A DNA stretch of 64,000 nt from Candidatus Aquilonibacter sp. (GTDB lineage: Bacteria > Verrucomicrobiota > Verrucomicrobiia > Limisphaerales > UBA11358). Both the position numbers and the translations under genes were made by a program. The stretch is taken from positions 184,711-248,710 of the forward strand of contig DATJRH010000032.1 in the NCBI GenBank assembly GCA_035504945.1, given 5' to 3'. The notes under the pieces were generated by a model. The model did no database searches. It was not told the origin of the DNA and saw only the letters and a list, made by a program, of their open reading frames with translations. Shown in pieces: positions 46,578-54,904 of the stretch (position 1 is its first letter; the number at the start of each line of letters is the position of its first letter).

Positions 46578-47021
46578 TCAGTCTGGAATTTCAACCTCAA
46601 CCAGCTTCACCAAAAGCACGAGCGATTCCTGCCAGCCAAGATAGCACGCCTCGGCCGGAATGACGGCGGGCACACCTTCCTGCACGACGTTCAATTCCGT
46701 CCCGCATGAAACCTGTTTCAATGTGATGGTCGTGCGCATCTCGCCGGGCAGGTTCGGGTCGTCGAATTTGTCCGTGTGGCAAATGCGTTCGTGCGGCACG
46801 AGTTCAAGGTAGGTTCCGCCGAACGAATGGCTCTTGCCCGTCGTGAAATTCGTGAACGACATCTTGTAAGTGCCGCCGACTTTGGCGTCCAAGTGATGAA
46901 CCTTGCCGGTGAATCCGTTCGGCGGAAGCCATTTCGCCTTCGCATCGGCATCCAGAAACGCGCGGTAAATTCTTTCTGCCGGAGAGCGCAGCACGCGGTG
47001 AAGTCGGATCGTGTTTGGCAT
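46578..47021 (-). CDS. SRPBCC/AHSA1-like domain protein
   Basis: IRLHRVLRSPAERIYRAFLDADAKAKWLPP..GGTYKMSF..G.YLELVP is the typical Aha1-like SRPBCC pattern. Confidence 0.8.
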   Translation of the reverse strand: MPNTIRLHRVLRSPAERIYRAFLDADAKAKWLPPNGFTGKVHHLDAKVGGTYKMSFTNFTTGKSHSFGGTYLELVPHERICHTDKFDDPNLPGEMRTTITLKQVSCGTELNVVQEGVPAVIPAEACYLGWQESLVLLVKLVEVEIPD

Positions 47022-47088
47022 AATTTGTTTCCTTCCAATCGGAGTTTTCCAAATTCACTCGTCTGCCGATTCTATTTCACGGAAGCGA

Positions 47089-47496
47089 TTACGCCGTCGC
47101 GAGCGCGGGCTGGCCTTCGGCCCTGGCTTCGGCGGCCATCGGACATTCGCCGGCCACCGGCCGGACTTCGATTTTCGCGCCGTAAGGCAGGCCGGGACAT
47201 TGCCGCGCGATGGTAACGGCTTCGTCCAAATCGCGCACCACGAGCAGAAAATATCCGCCGACCGCCTCCTTCGATTCCGCGAACGGCCCGTCCACGACGT
47301 GGCCGCTCTTGCCGGAGACAATTTTGCCTTTCGGCTCCAGCGGATTCCCGGCAATCGCCTTGCCTTCGTCCATCAGGCGTTTGAACCAGGCCATCCATTG
47401 GTCGGAAATGTTTTGCATTTCTTCCGGCGAAAGGCCTTTGTGCCATTCGTTGCCGCGGAAGATGAGCATGTATCCATTTTTCAATTGTGCGTTCAT
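47089..47496 (-). CDS. YciI-related DGPF domain protein, paralog 1
   Basis: VDGPFAESKEAVGGYFLL motif. 135 aa. Confidence 0.8.
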   Translation of the reverse strand: MNAQLKNGYMLIFRGNEWHKGLSPEEMQNISDQWMAWFKRLMDEGKAIAGNPLEPKGKIVSGKSGHVVDGPFAESKEAVGGYFLLVVRDLDEAVTIARQCPGLPYGAKIEVRPVAGECPMAAEARAEGQPALATA

Positions 47497-47526
47497 GACG
47501 TTATCCTTTTCGTTGGTTTGGTTTCG

Positions 47527-47952
47527 TCAAGCTGCCGCTGGCGCAAGCTGTTCTTCCCACTTCAATTCTTCCAGACGTGTTTCGCTCGCACACACATTTG
47601 TCAACGGCCGGATTTCCACCTTGCCGCCGAAAGCCAGAGTCGGACAGCCTTTGGCAATCGCGACCGCTTCTTCAAAGGTCTCGACGTTTAGCAGCAAATA
47701 TCCGCCGACAACTTCCTTCGATTCAGTGAACGGTCCGTCAGTAATGCTGCGTCCGTTTTTGCCGGAAACCATCGCGCCGCTTCGCGCGAGCGCCTGGCCG
47801 CCTTTAGCCTTGCCTGACGTCATCAAATGCTCCAGCCACTCGTGATTTTGAGCTACGTATTTTTCGAGTTCTTCCCGCCCCAGTTCCTTCCACGATTCGT
47901 TGACGTGGAGCAGCAACAGGTATCCGTCATTGCTCATTTCGATTGCGTTCAT
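47527..47952 (-). CDS. YciI-related DGPF domain protein, paralog 2
   Basis: TDGPFTESKEVVGGYLLL motif. 141 aa. Confidence 0.8.
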   Translation of the reverse strand: MNAIEMSNDGYLLLLHVNESWKELGREELEKYVAQNHEWLEHLMTSGKAKGGQALARSGAMVSGKNGRSITDGPFTESKEVVGGYLLLNVETFEEAVAIAKGCPTLAFGGKVEIRPLTNVCASETRLEELKWEEQLAPAAA

Positions 47953-48440
47953 ATTTTTTCTTTTGTTTGGTTGTTTGAATTTCGTTTGAATACAAATTGA
48001 TTTTTATTTTTTGCGATTTGTTCCGAGACCACGGTGTTTTCAGCGGCTTTCTGAACGTCGGGTGGAAAATCCGACATTTCAAAAACCTGGCGGATTTCGA
48101 TGACGTCGCCATCATTGGCAGGACAGCGTTTGACCCACTCAACTGCTTCCTCCTTCGATTTCACATTGATGAGCCAATAACCACCGATGACTTCCTTTGA
48201 TTCAATGAATGGCCCATCGGTCACGACCGCCTTTTTATTTACGAACTTCACACGTGCGCCCTTCAAGACCGGATGCAGCCCGTTCAGTTCGATGAGCACT
48301 CCTGCTTTCGCCAACTCTTCGTTGAACTTCATCATTTTGGCCACCGCTTCAGCGGGCGGGGCAAACCCTTCTCCCGCCCGTTCTCCGGCCGGCGTGTCCG
48401 GCTGATAAACTCGTGGGATCATGAACATCATAAATTTCAT
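47949..48440 (-). CDS. YciI-related DGPF domain protein, paralog 3
   Basis: TDGPFIESKEVIGGYWLI motif. ATGA overlap with paralog 2. The C-terminal tail is AT-rich. Confidence 0.8.
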   Translation of the reverse strand: MKFMMFMIPRVYQPDTPAGERAGEGFAPPAEAVAKMMKFNEELAKAGVLIELNGLHPVLKGARVKFVNKKAVVTDGPFIESKEVIGGYWLINVKSKEEAVEWVKRCPANDGDVIEIRQVFEMSDFPPDVQKAAENTVVSEQIAKNKNQFVFKRNSNNQTKEKI

Positions 48441-48468
48441 AATGACCTCTTTGATCGCTGTCTTCAGT

Positions 48469-48500
48469 GATACAACGAATGGACCGGTCGTTTCAGGACA
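48469..48500 (-). promoter_or_regulatory. ECF-type promoter candidate P2 (TGTCCTGAA-N14-CGTTGTATC)
   Basis: The minus strand reads TGTCCTGAAACGACCGGTCCATTCGTTGTATC, 34 nt upstream of ATG 48440. It matches P1 at 23 of 32 positions, with identical spacing. Confidence 0.5.
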
Positions 48501-48501
48501 A

Positions 48502-48933
48502 TTATTTTCCCGAATTGGGCGTCACCAAAACCATCCAGAACACGCCGAACTTGTCCGCTACCATGCCAAATCTCGCCGAGAAAAAGGTTTTTGCCAGCGG
48601 CATTTCAACTTTTCCGCCGTTCGCCAAAGCGTTGAACGCCTTGTCCGCCTCCGCTTCCGTTTTCACCGAAAGCGCCAGCGCAAAGCCTTCAAATTTCGGA
48701 TTGCCCGTGGCGCGGCCGTCGGCGGCCATGATGACCGTTTCGCCGATTTGGAATTGCGCATGCATTACTTTGTTGGCGTCGGTTGGCCCGCAACCCGGCG
48801 GCGGCGGTTCGGGACTGTCCTTGAAGCGCATCAGCATGTTGACCGTCGCGCCGAGCGCCTTTTTGTAGAACTCGAGTGCTTCCTCGCATTTGCCGTCGAA
48901 GAAGACGTAGGGTTGAACGATTGCATTTTTCAT
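48502..48933 (-). CDS. VOC family protein (PhnB-like glyoxalase fold)
   Basis: VQPYVFFDGKCEEALEFYKKALGA...MHAQFQIG is a PhnB-like pattern. Confidence 0.8.
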   Translation of the reverse strand: MKNAIVQPYVFFDGKCEEALEFYKKALGATVNMLMRFKDSPEPPPPGCGPTDANKVMHAQFQIGETVIMAADGRATGNPKFEGFALALSVKTEAEADKAFNALANGGKVEMPLAKTFFSARFGMVADKFGVFWMVLVTPNSGK

Positions 48934-48977
48934 AATTTTCCTTTCATCAATTGTTGTTGTTTTTTCGCTCCGTCATA

Positions 48978-49009
48978 GATACGACGAACGGAAAATCCCG
49001 TTCAGGACA
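48978..49009 (-). promoter_or_regulatory. ECF-type promoter candidate P1 (TGTCCTGAA-N14-CGTCGTATC)
   Basis: The minus strand reads TGTCCTGAACGGGATTTTCCGTTCGTCGTATC, 50 nt upstream of ATG 48933. Confidence 0.5.
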
Positions 49010-49042
49010 TTGATCCAAAAAAATTTCAAACGTCTTCATTGG

Positions 49043-50389
49043 CTACACCGGCGCGGGAATTTGTTCACAATCCCGCAATCTTTTCGCCAAAAAAGACTGC
49101 TCGGATTTGATTTCCGCCAGCTCTAGCGCTTTTTGAAAATGAGCCGCCGCAATCGGCAGACGATTTAACTGCCATTCAAAATCACCCAACACCGCGTGAA
49201 ACAAGTAATACGATTCGAGCGACTTCAAATTGGAAATCGCGTTCACCGCGTCAATGCCCGCCTGCGGCCCGCTCGCTTTGGCCAGCGCCACCGCGCGATT
49301 CAGCGCCACCACCGGCGAATCGTCGAACTCCAACATCCGGTCGTAGAGCGATAAAATCTGCCGCCAATCCGTGGACGCACAATCTTTCGCCGCGCAGTGG
49401 CACGCGGAAATCCCCGCCTGCAAATGATATTCGCTGATGTCGTCGCCAGCCGCCGATTGCGCCAGATGAAACATGCCGCGCGCAATCATTTGCCGATTCC
49501 ATTTCGTCCGGTCCTGCTCGCGCAACCGCAGCAAATTGCCTTCGTCGTCCACGCGCGCCGGAATGCGCGCCGCGTTCAACAACATCAGCGCCAGCAGCGC
49601 GTGGGTTTTCGGCTGGTTGCCAGCGGTATGTTTCGCCAGCAAATCCGCAAGCCGAATCGCTTCGGCGCAAATATCCTCGCGCACCAGCTTGTCGCCCACC
49701 GACGCCTTGTAACCTTCGTTGAACAGCAGGTAAAGCGACTGCAACACGCCGTCGAGCCGCTGCGATAATTCTTCGCCCGATGGTATTTCAAATGAAATTT
49801 TCGCCTCACGGATTTTTTGTTTCGCGCGCGTCAATCGTTTGGCGACGGCCGCGTCCGTCGTCAGAAAGGCGCGCGCGATCTCCATCACACTGAAACCGCA
49901 AAGCGTTTTGAGCGCCAGTGCCACCTGGTCTTCCTGCGAAATCAGCGGGTGGCAGCACACGAACATCATCCGCAGCCGGTCGTCGGAAATTTCCTGTTCG
50001 GATAAAATCGCCGCGTCCGATCCGGAAACTTCGCCTTCGATCAGCCGGATGATTTCCGGTTCCTTGTCGCGGAAATTTTTTTCGCGGCGCACCACGTCGA
50101 GCGCCCGGTTGCGCGCCGTCTGCATAAGCCACGCGGCTGGATTTTTTGGCACGCCATAAAACGGCCATGTCTGCAACGCCCGCGCCAGCGCCTCTTGCAC
50201 CACGTCTTCGGCCAGCGTGAGATGTTCGATTCCGAAAATGCCGGTTAGCGTGGCGACCATTTTTACGGCCTCATGACGGAAAAGATGCTCCACCACCTCG
50301 GAAATTTCACTCGGCGGCGCACTGGCTTGGATTTGAATCTCTTCCTTAGGCAAACGCCAAAACGTCCCGCAACAACCGCCGCAAGTCAA
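49043..50389 (-). CDS. ECF sigma factor with long C-terminal TPR-like extension (ECF42-like)
   Basis: Sigma region 2 (EDVVQEALARALQTWP) and region 4 HTH (VMEIARAFLTTDAAVAKRLTRAKQKI) are followed by about 230 aa, including LLFNEGY and helical repeats. The start codon is uncertain. Confidence 0.8.
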   Translation of the reverse strand: MTCGGCCGTFWRLPKEEIQIQASAPPSEISEVVEHLFRHEAVKMVATLTGIFGIEHLTLAEDVVQEALARALQTWPFYGVPKNPAAWLMQTARNRALDVVRREKNFRDKEPEIIRLIEGEVSGSDAAILSEQEISDDRLRMMFVCCHPLISQEDQVALALKTLCGFSVMEIARAFLTTDAAVAKRLTRAKQKIREAKISFEIPSGEELSQRLDGVLQSLYLLFNEGYKASVGDKLVREDICAEAIRLADLLAKHTAGNQPKTHALLALMLLNAARIPARVDDEGNLLRLREQDRTKWNRQMIARGMFHLAQSAAGDDISEYHLQAGISACHCAAKDCASTDWRQILSLYDRMLEFDDSPVVALNRAVALAKASGPQAGIDAVNAISNLKSLESYYLFHAVLGDFEWQLNRLPIAAAHFQKALELAEIKSEQSFLAKRLRDCEQIPAPV

Positions 50390-50398
50390 GCCGTGTTG

Positions 50399-51421
50399 CT
50401 AACGTGTGATGTGGTCGAACAATCCGCCGTGCAAATAATCGCGCACAAAGAGACGATCCAGAAAATTCCTCGGAAAGCCAGGTTCGATTTTGCTGACTTC
50501 GTCCAATTGCGCGAGCTGCTTGGCGTTCAGCGACCATTTGACGCAATTCAAATTGTCCTCCAGTTGCGAGAGTTTCCGCGCGCCGATAATCGGAATCGTA
50601 TTGCGCCGGGCACGCAGCCAGTTGAGCGCGACCTGCGCCGGAGACTTTCCGGCGGCTTTGGCAACTTTGACAACGGTCTTCGCGATGGCTTCGTTCTGTT
50701 TCGTGCGCCGCGCGAATTGCGGCGTCTTGTCGAGCCGCTTTTGCTCCTTAGACTTGCCGATGTATTTCCCGGTGAGCCAGCCGCTCGCGAGCGGCGACCA
50801 CGGCGTGACGGTCAGGCCGAGCGCCTCGGCCATCGGCAACAATTCGTGCTCTGGCGTTCGTTCGATGAGATTGTATTCGATTTGCAGGCCGACGAATTGC
50901 GTCCAGCCGCGCAATTCGGCCAGCGTGTTCGCGCGTGCGACCCACCACGCCGGCGCGTCGGAAACGCCGATGTAGAGCACCTTGCCCGCGCGCACGAAAT
51001 CGTCGAAGGCGCGCATGACTTCCTCAATCGGCGTCAGCTCATCCCACGCGTGCATCCAGTAAAGGTCAATCCGATCGGTGCCGAGCCGCTTCAAACTGCC
51101 TTCGAGCGCCTGAGCCATGTTTTTGCGGTGATTGCCGCCTGCGTTCGGGTCGCCGCGCCGTTGGTTGAAGGAAAATTTGGTGGCGACGACAAACTGGTCG
51201 CGGTCGCCGCGGATGAATTCTCCGACAAATTTCTCGCTCGTGCCAGCGGTGTAACCGTCGGCGGTGTCGAGAAAATTGCCGCCCGCGTTGACGTAGGCGT
51301 CGAAGACCGCTTTGGATTCGTCCTTGTTCGCACCCCAGCCCCATTCCTCTCCGAAGGTCATCGTGCCGAGGCACAATTCGGAGACGCGCAAACCCGATTT
51401 GCCGAGTAGTTGGTAGTTCAT
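50399..51421 (-). CDS. aldo/keto reductase
   Basis: MNYQLLGKSGLRVSELCLGTMTFG, FLDTADGY and other AKR blocks. Confidence 0.9.
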   Translation of the reverse strand: MNYQLLGKSGLRVSELCLGTMTFGEEWGWGANKDESKAVFDAYVNAGGNFLDTADGYTAGTSEKFVGEFIRGDRDQFVVATKFSFNQRRGDPNAGGNHRKNMAQALEGSLKRLGTDRIDLYWMHAWDELTPIEEVMRAFDDFVRAGKVLYIGVSDAPAWWVARANTLAELRGWTQFVGLQIEYNLIERTPEHELLPMAEALGLTVTPWSPLASGWLTGKYIGKSKEQKRLDKTPQFARRTKQNEAIAKTVVKVAKAAGKSPAQVALNWLRARRNTIPIIGARKLSQLEDNLNCVKWSLNAKQLAQLDEVSKIEPGFPRNFLDRLFVRDYLHGGLFDHITR

Positions 51422-51701
51422 AAATTTCCTTTCGATACTTGTCCTCCATTTTCAAAAAATTTCCAGTTTTTTTCGCGGCGCCTTTTCCCAATTCAAGCCG
51501 CGTCTTGATGGGCCATCCCCGCGCAAAGATATATTAAAACAATGCTTCCCATCCGTCGGCAAAAAGGCTAAACTGCGTCCAGCGTCGGTTTCCGACGGAT
51601 TCCCGCCGGGTGTTTTGAGGAACACCTTTTCGTGATTCCTGATTTTCTGTCGCGAGCATTTCTCCGCGTGGAGAGATGACTTGGAGCGCGGTTCAATTTT
51701 T

Positions 51702-53177
51702 ATGTCAGAGCCGAAAATCATTCAGGGCGGGATGGGCGTAGCCGTATCCGGTTGGAATCTAGCACGCACAGTTTCGCGGTTGGGGCAGCTCGGCGTCGTT
51801 TCCGGCACCGGACTCGCCATCATTCTCGCCCGCAATCTGCAACTGGGCGACCCCACCGGCCAGCTCCGTCATGCTCTGAACCAGTTTCCTGTTCCCGTCA
51901 TCGCCCAACGCGTGCTGGCGCAATACTTTATTCCCGGCGGAAAATCGCCGACGGCGTCGTTCAAATCCGCCCCCATGCCGACGCTTCATCCCGGCCCGGC
52001 GCTCATGGAATTGACCGTAGCGGCGAACTTCGTGGAAGTGTTTCTTGCCAAGGAAGGCCACGACGGAGTGGTTGGTATTAATTTTCTCGAAAAAATCCAG
52101 TTGCCCACCCTGCCTTCGCTTTACGGCGCGATGCTCGCCCATGTGGATTACGTGCTCATGGGCGCCGGCATCCCACGATCCATCCCCGGCGCGCTGGATC
52201 GGCTGGCGGCGGGCGAGACGGCCCAACTGAAGATTGACGTTCTCGGCGCGCTGCCCGGCGAGGAATTTCTTTCCACGTTTGACCCGCGCACCTTTTGCGG
52301 CGACCCGTTGCCCGCGGTGAAACGTCCGCAATTCATCGGCATCGTTGCTTCGGCCACGCTCGCCATGACGCTCGCCAAAAAGGCCAGCGGACGCGTGGAC
52401 GGCTTCGTCGTCGAAGGCGACACCGCCGGCGGCCACAATGCCCCGCCCCGCGGCGCGATGCAACTCAACGCCATCGGCGAACCGATTTACGGCGAGCGCG
52501 ACGTCGTTGACCTCGAAAAAATCCGCGAGTTGGGCCGGCCGTTCTGGCTGGCCGGTTCGTATGGCCGTCCGGGCCGGCTGGCGGACGCGTTGCGCACCGG
52601 CGCTGCCGGCATTCAGGTGGGAACGGCCTTTGCGTTCAGCAACGAATCCGGCCTGCGCCCCGAACTCAAAAAGCAGGCTCTGCAAATGAGCCTCGCCGGC
52701 ACCGCGCGCGTCTATACCGATCCGGTCGCCTCGCCCACCGGCTTCCCGTTCAAGGTGGTCCAGATGGAAGGCACGCTCTCACGCGCCGATCAATACGGTG
52801 CCCGGACACGCATTTGCGATCTGGGTTATCTCCGGCATCTCTATCGCAAACCGGACGGCACGCCGGGTTATCGCTGCCCCGCCGAACCGGTGGATGATTT
52901 CATAAAAAAGGGCGGAACGGTCGAAGCCGCGCAAGGCCGCAAATGCCTTTGCAACGGACTCGTCGCCAACGTGGGGCTCCCCCAAGTGCGTTCCGAAGTC
53001 GAGGAAGAACTGGCCTTGATGACCGCGGGCGATGACGTTGCGAACATTGCGCAGTTTCTCAAACCGGGCTGCGATTCCTACTCGGCGGCGGACGTCATGG
53101 CTCGGTTGCTCGACTCGGCGGTTCCCATCAACGGATTCAAGGTTCCAATTCCGCATCCCAGCCCGGCACCCGCTTGA
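51702..53177 (+). CDS. nitronate monooxygenase (NMO/2-nitropropane dioxygenase) family protein
   Basis: Start at ATG 51702. IIQGGMGVAVS..LGVVSG and EGDTAGGH blocks. Confidence 0.85.
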   Translation: MSEPKIIQGGMGVAVSGWNLARTVSRLGQLGVVSGTGLAIILARNLQLGDPTGQLRHALNQFPVPVIAQRVLAQYFIPGGKSPTASFKSAPMPTLHPGPALMELTVAANFVEVFLAKEGHDGVVGINFLEKIQLPTLPSLYGAMLAHVDYVLMGAGIPRSIPGALDRLAAGETAQLKIDVLGALPGEEFLSTFDPRTFCGDPLPAVKRPQFIGIVASATLAMTLAKKASGRVDGFVVEGDTAGGHNAPPRGAMQLNAIGEPIYGERDVVDLEKIRELGRPFWLAGSYGRPGRLADALRTGAAGIQVGTAFAFSNESGLRPELKKQALQMSLAGTARVYTDPVASPTGFPFKVVQMEGTLSRADQYGARTRICDLGYLRHLYRKPDGTPGYRCPAEPVDDFIKKGGTVEAAQGRKCLCNGLVANVGLPQVRSEVEEELALMTAGDDVANIAQFLKPGCDSYSAADVMARLLDSAVPINGFKVPIPHPSPAPA

Positions 53178-53246
53178 GCCATTAAGCGGATTGTCGTCCG
53201 ACCGGCTTGGAGTTAAAGTAAAGTGCGTGCGATAAGCGCGTTTTTT

Positions 53247-54002
53247 ATGCCTTTCCGATTGCTCAACCTCGAAGCGGTCGCCAATTACCTGCACCTCACG
53301 CCTGCGGACATCGAGCAGCGGGTGAAGGACCGCGAAATTCCCTTTGAAAAACGCGGCGACCGGCTCGTCTTCTGCAAAAAAGAAATTGACGAGTGGGCTT
53401 CGCAACGCATTTTGGGATTTACCAGCCAGCGGCTCGCCGTTTATCACCAAAAGTCCACCCGCCACGCGCAAAAATTTCTGCCGAACCAAACCATCCTGCC
53501 GGAAATGCTCGCAACCGGGGCCATCGCCTCGGCCATGACCTCCAAGACCAAGGCGTCCGTCCTGCGCGACCTTGTGGCGCTCGCGGAGAAGACCGGCCGC
53601 CTTTGCGAGGCCAAATCCCTGCTGGCCAGTTTGGAGGCGCGCGAGGAATTATGTTCCACGGCGGTGCCGGGCGGATTTGCGCTGCCGCATCCGCGTTTCC
53701 ATGAACCTTACATGTTCGAGACTTCGTTCATCGTGGTGGGCCGGCCGATCCAGGAAATCCATTTCGGCGCGCCTGACGGCGAGCCGACGCATCTGTTCTT
53801 TCTGATTTGCTGCCAAGACGACCGGCTGCATTTGCACACGCTGGCCCGGCTGTGCCTCATCGCGATGAAAACCAAAATGCTCGATCAACTCCGCGACGCG
53901 CCCGACGCCGACACCATGCGCGGCTCCCTTATCGAGGCGGAGCAGGAAATCCTGGCCGACCGGAAAATGGTTTCATATGGCCGCTCTGGAAGGCTGGCGT
54001 AA
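53247..54002 (+). CDS. helix-turn-helix (excisionase/MerR-type) plus PTS EIIA type-2 domain fusion protein
   Basis: N-terminus LLNLEAVANYLHLTPADIEQRVKDREIPFEKRGDRLVF is HTH_17-like. The C-terminal EIIA domain has the His context GGFALPHPR. Confidence 0.7.
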   Translation: MPFRLLNLEAVANYLHLTPADIEQRVKDREIPFEKRGDRLVFCKKEIDEWASQRILGFTSQRLAVYHQKSTRHAQKFLPNQTILPEMLATGAIASAMTSKTKASVLRDLVALAEKTGRLCEAKSLLASLEAREELCSTAVPGGFALPHPRFHEPYMFETSFIVVGRPIQEIHFGAPDGEPTHLFFLICCQDDRLHLHTLARLCLIAMKTKMLDQLRDAPDADTMRGSLIEAEQEILADRKMVSYGRSGRLA

Positions 54003-54019
54003 AGTCCCACGCCGAACGC

Positions 54020-54241
54020 ATGACGCGCCCCGCGCTTGCCGTCCATTTCCCATTCGGCGAAAATGGTGTAAATTCGCGAAAAGTGAGTTCTGATATTACC
54101 GATTTTGTAAGTGAAGTGTGGCATGACAAACCTATCATTGTCATTCTCGCAATAGGCGCCTTCATTATTTTTGTCCTGCTGGTCATTAACACCTATCGCC
54201 ATCGGAAAAAGGAAAAAAAGCGCCATCCCAAAAAGCACTGA
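54020..54241 (+). CDS. small single-pass membrane protein with basic tail (hypothetical)
   Basis: PIIVILAIGAFIIFVLLVINTY is followed by RHRKKEKKRHPKKH. The stretch is AT-rich. The start is uncertain (ATG 54020 or GTG about 54083). Confidence 0.3.
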   Translation: MTRPALAVHFPFGENGVNSRKVSSDITDFVSEVWHDKPIIVILAIGAFIIFVLLVINTYRHRKKEKKRHPKKH

Positions 54242-54282
54242 CATTTCAGGCATTTTCCCCGGCCGGTTGGTATCCTAAGCCC

Positions 54283-54486
54283 GTGAAATTGTGTCAGGGT
54301 CAAACCTGGAAGCAGGACGGGGAATTCATCCGCATCGTACGACTGGAACGGATCTAGGTGGAATGTAAATCAATGACCAGCCTTGCCGGCAGGGACGGCA
54401 GGAAAATCGTCACCAGCAAAAAGAATTTCTGCCGCCTGCTCAAAGACGCGCACCAGCTTCAACCCGCAAAAGTCCTGCCACTTTGA
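54283..54486 (+). pseudogene. paralog of 44148..44381 interrupted by an in-frame TAG at 54355-54357
   Basis: VKLCQGQTWKQDGEFIRIVRLERI*VECKSMTSLAGRDGRKIVTSKKNFCRLLKDAHQLQPAKVLPL aligns residue for residue with the intact copy. Confidence 0.5.
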
Positions 54487-54524
54487 CGGTTGAAATTTCA
54501 CCTAGCTTGTTCAACATTGCAGAC

Positions 54525-54897
54525 ATGAAAATCCTTGAAATCATTGCCCGCATCCTGCTCGGACTTGTGTTCGTCGTCTTCGGCTCGAATGCGTTTCTAC
54601 ATTTCATCAAGGCACCGCCGATGTCAGGGCCCGTCCGGCGACTTCATCACCGCGATGTATAGCACGGGCTATCTCTACGTCGTCGGATTTTGTCAGGTCG
54701 CGTGCGGATTGATTCTGCTGATTGGCCGTTACATTCCACTCGGCCTCACGCTGCTCGGCCCGGTGATTGTGAACATCCTCTGCTTCCACATCTTTATGAA
54801 TCATCAGGGATGGCAACTTGCATCGGTCGTCGCCGCGCTCGCGTTGTTCCTGCTCTGGCGTCACCGCGCCAACTTTGCGGGGCTGTTAAAACCGTGA
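54525..54897 (+). pseudogene. DoxX-like four-TM membrane protein gene with +1 frameshift near 54625-54640
   Basis: The ATG 54525 frame gives MKILEIIARILLGLVFVVFGSNAFLHFIKAPPMSGP, then stops at 54660. The rest (GDFITAMYSTGYLYVVG...LGPVIVNILCFHIF...) is in the frame of ORF 54535. The junction lies at a GGGCCC run. Confidence 0.6.
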
Positions 54898-54904
54898 TAA
54901 AAAT

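Noticed and set aside
53190-53246. Weak hairpin CGTGC-gataa-GCGCG plus TTTTTT after the NMO gene as a terminator.
   Set aside because: The stem is only 5 bp including a G-U pair, and the T-run runs directly into the next start codon. This is too weak to annotate.
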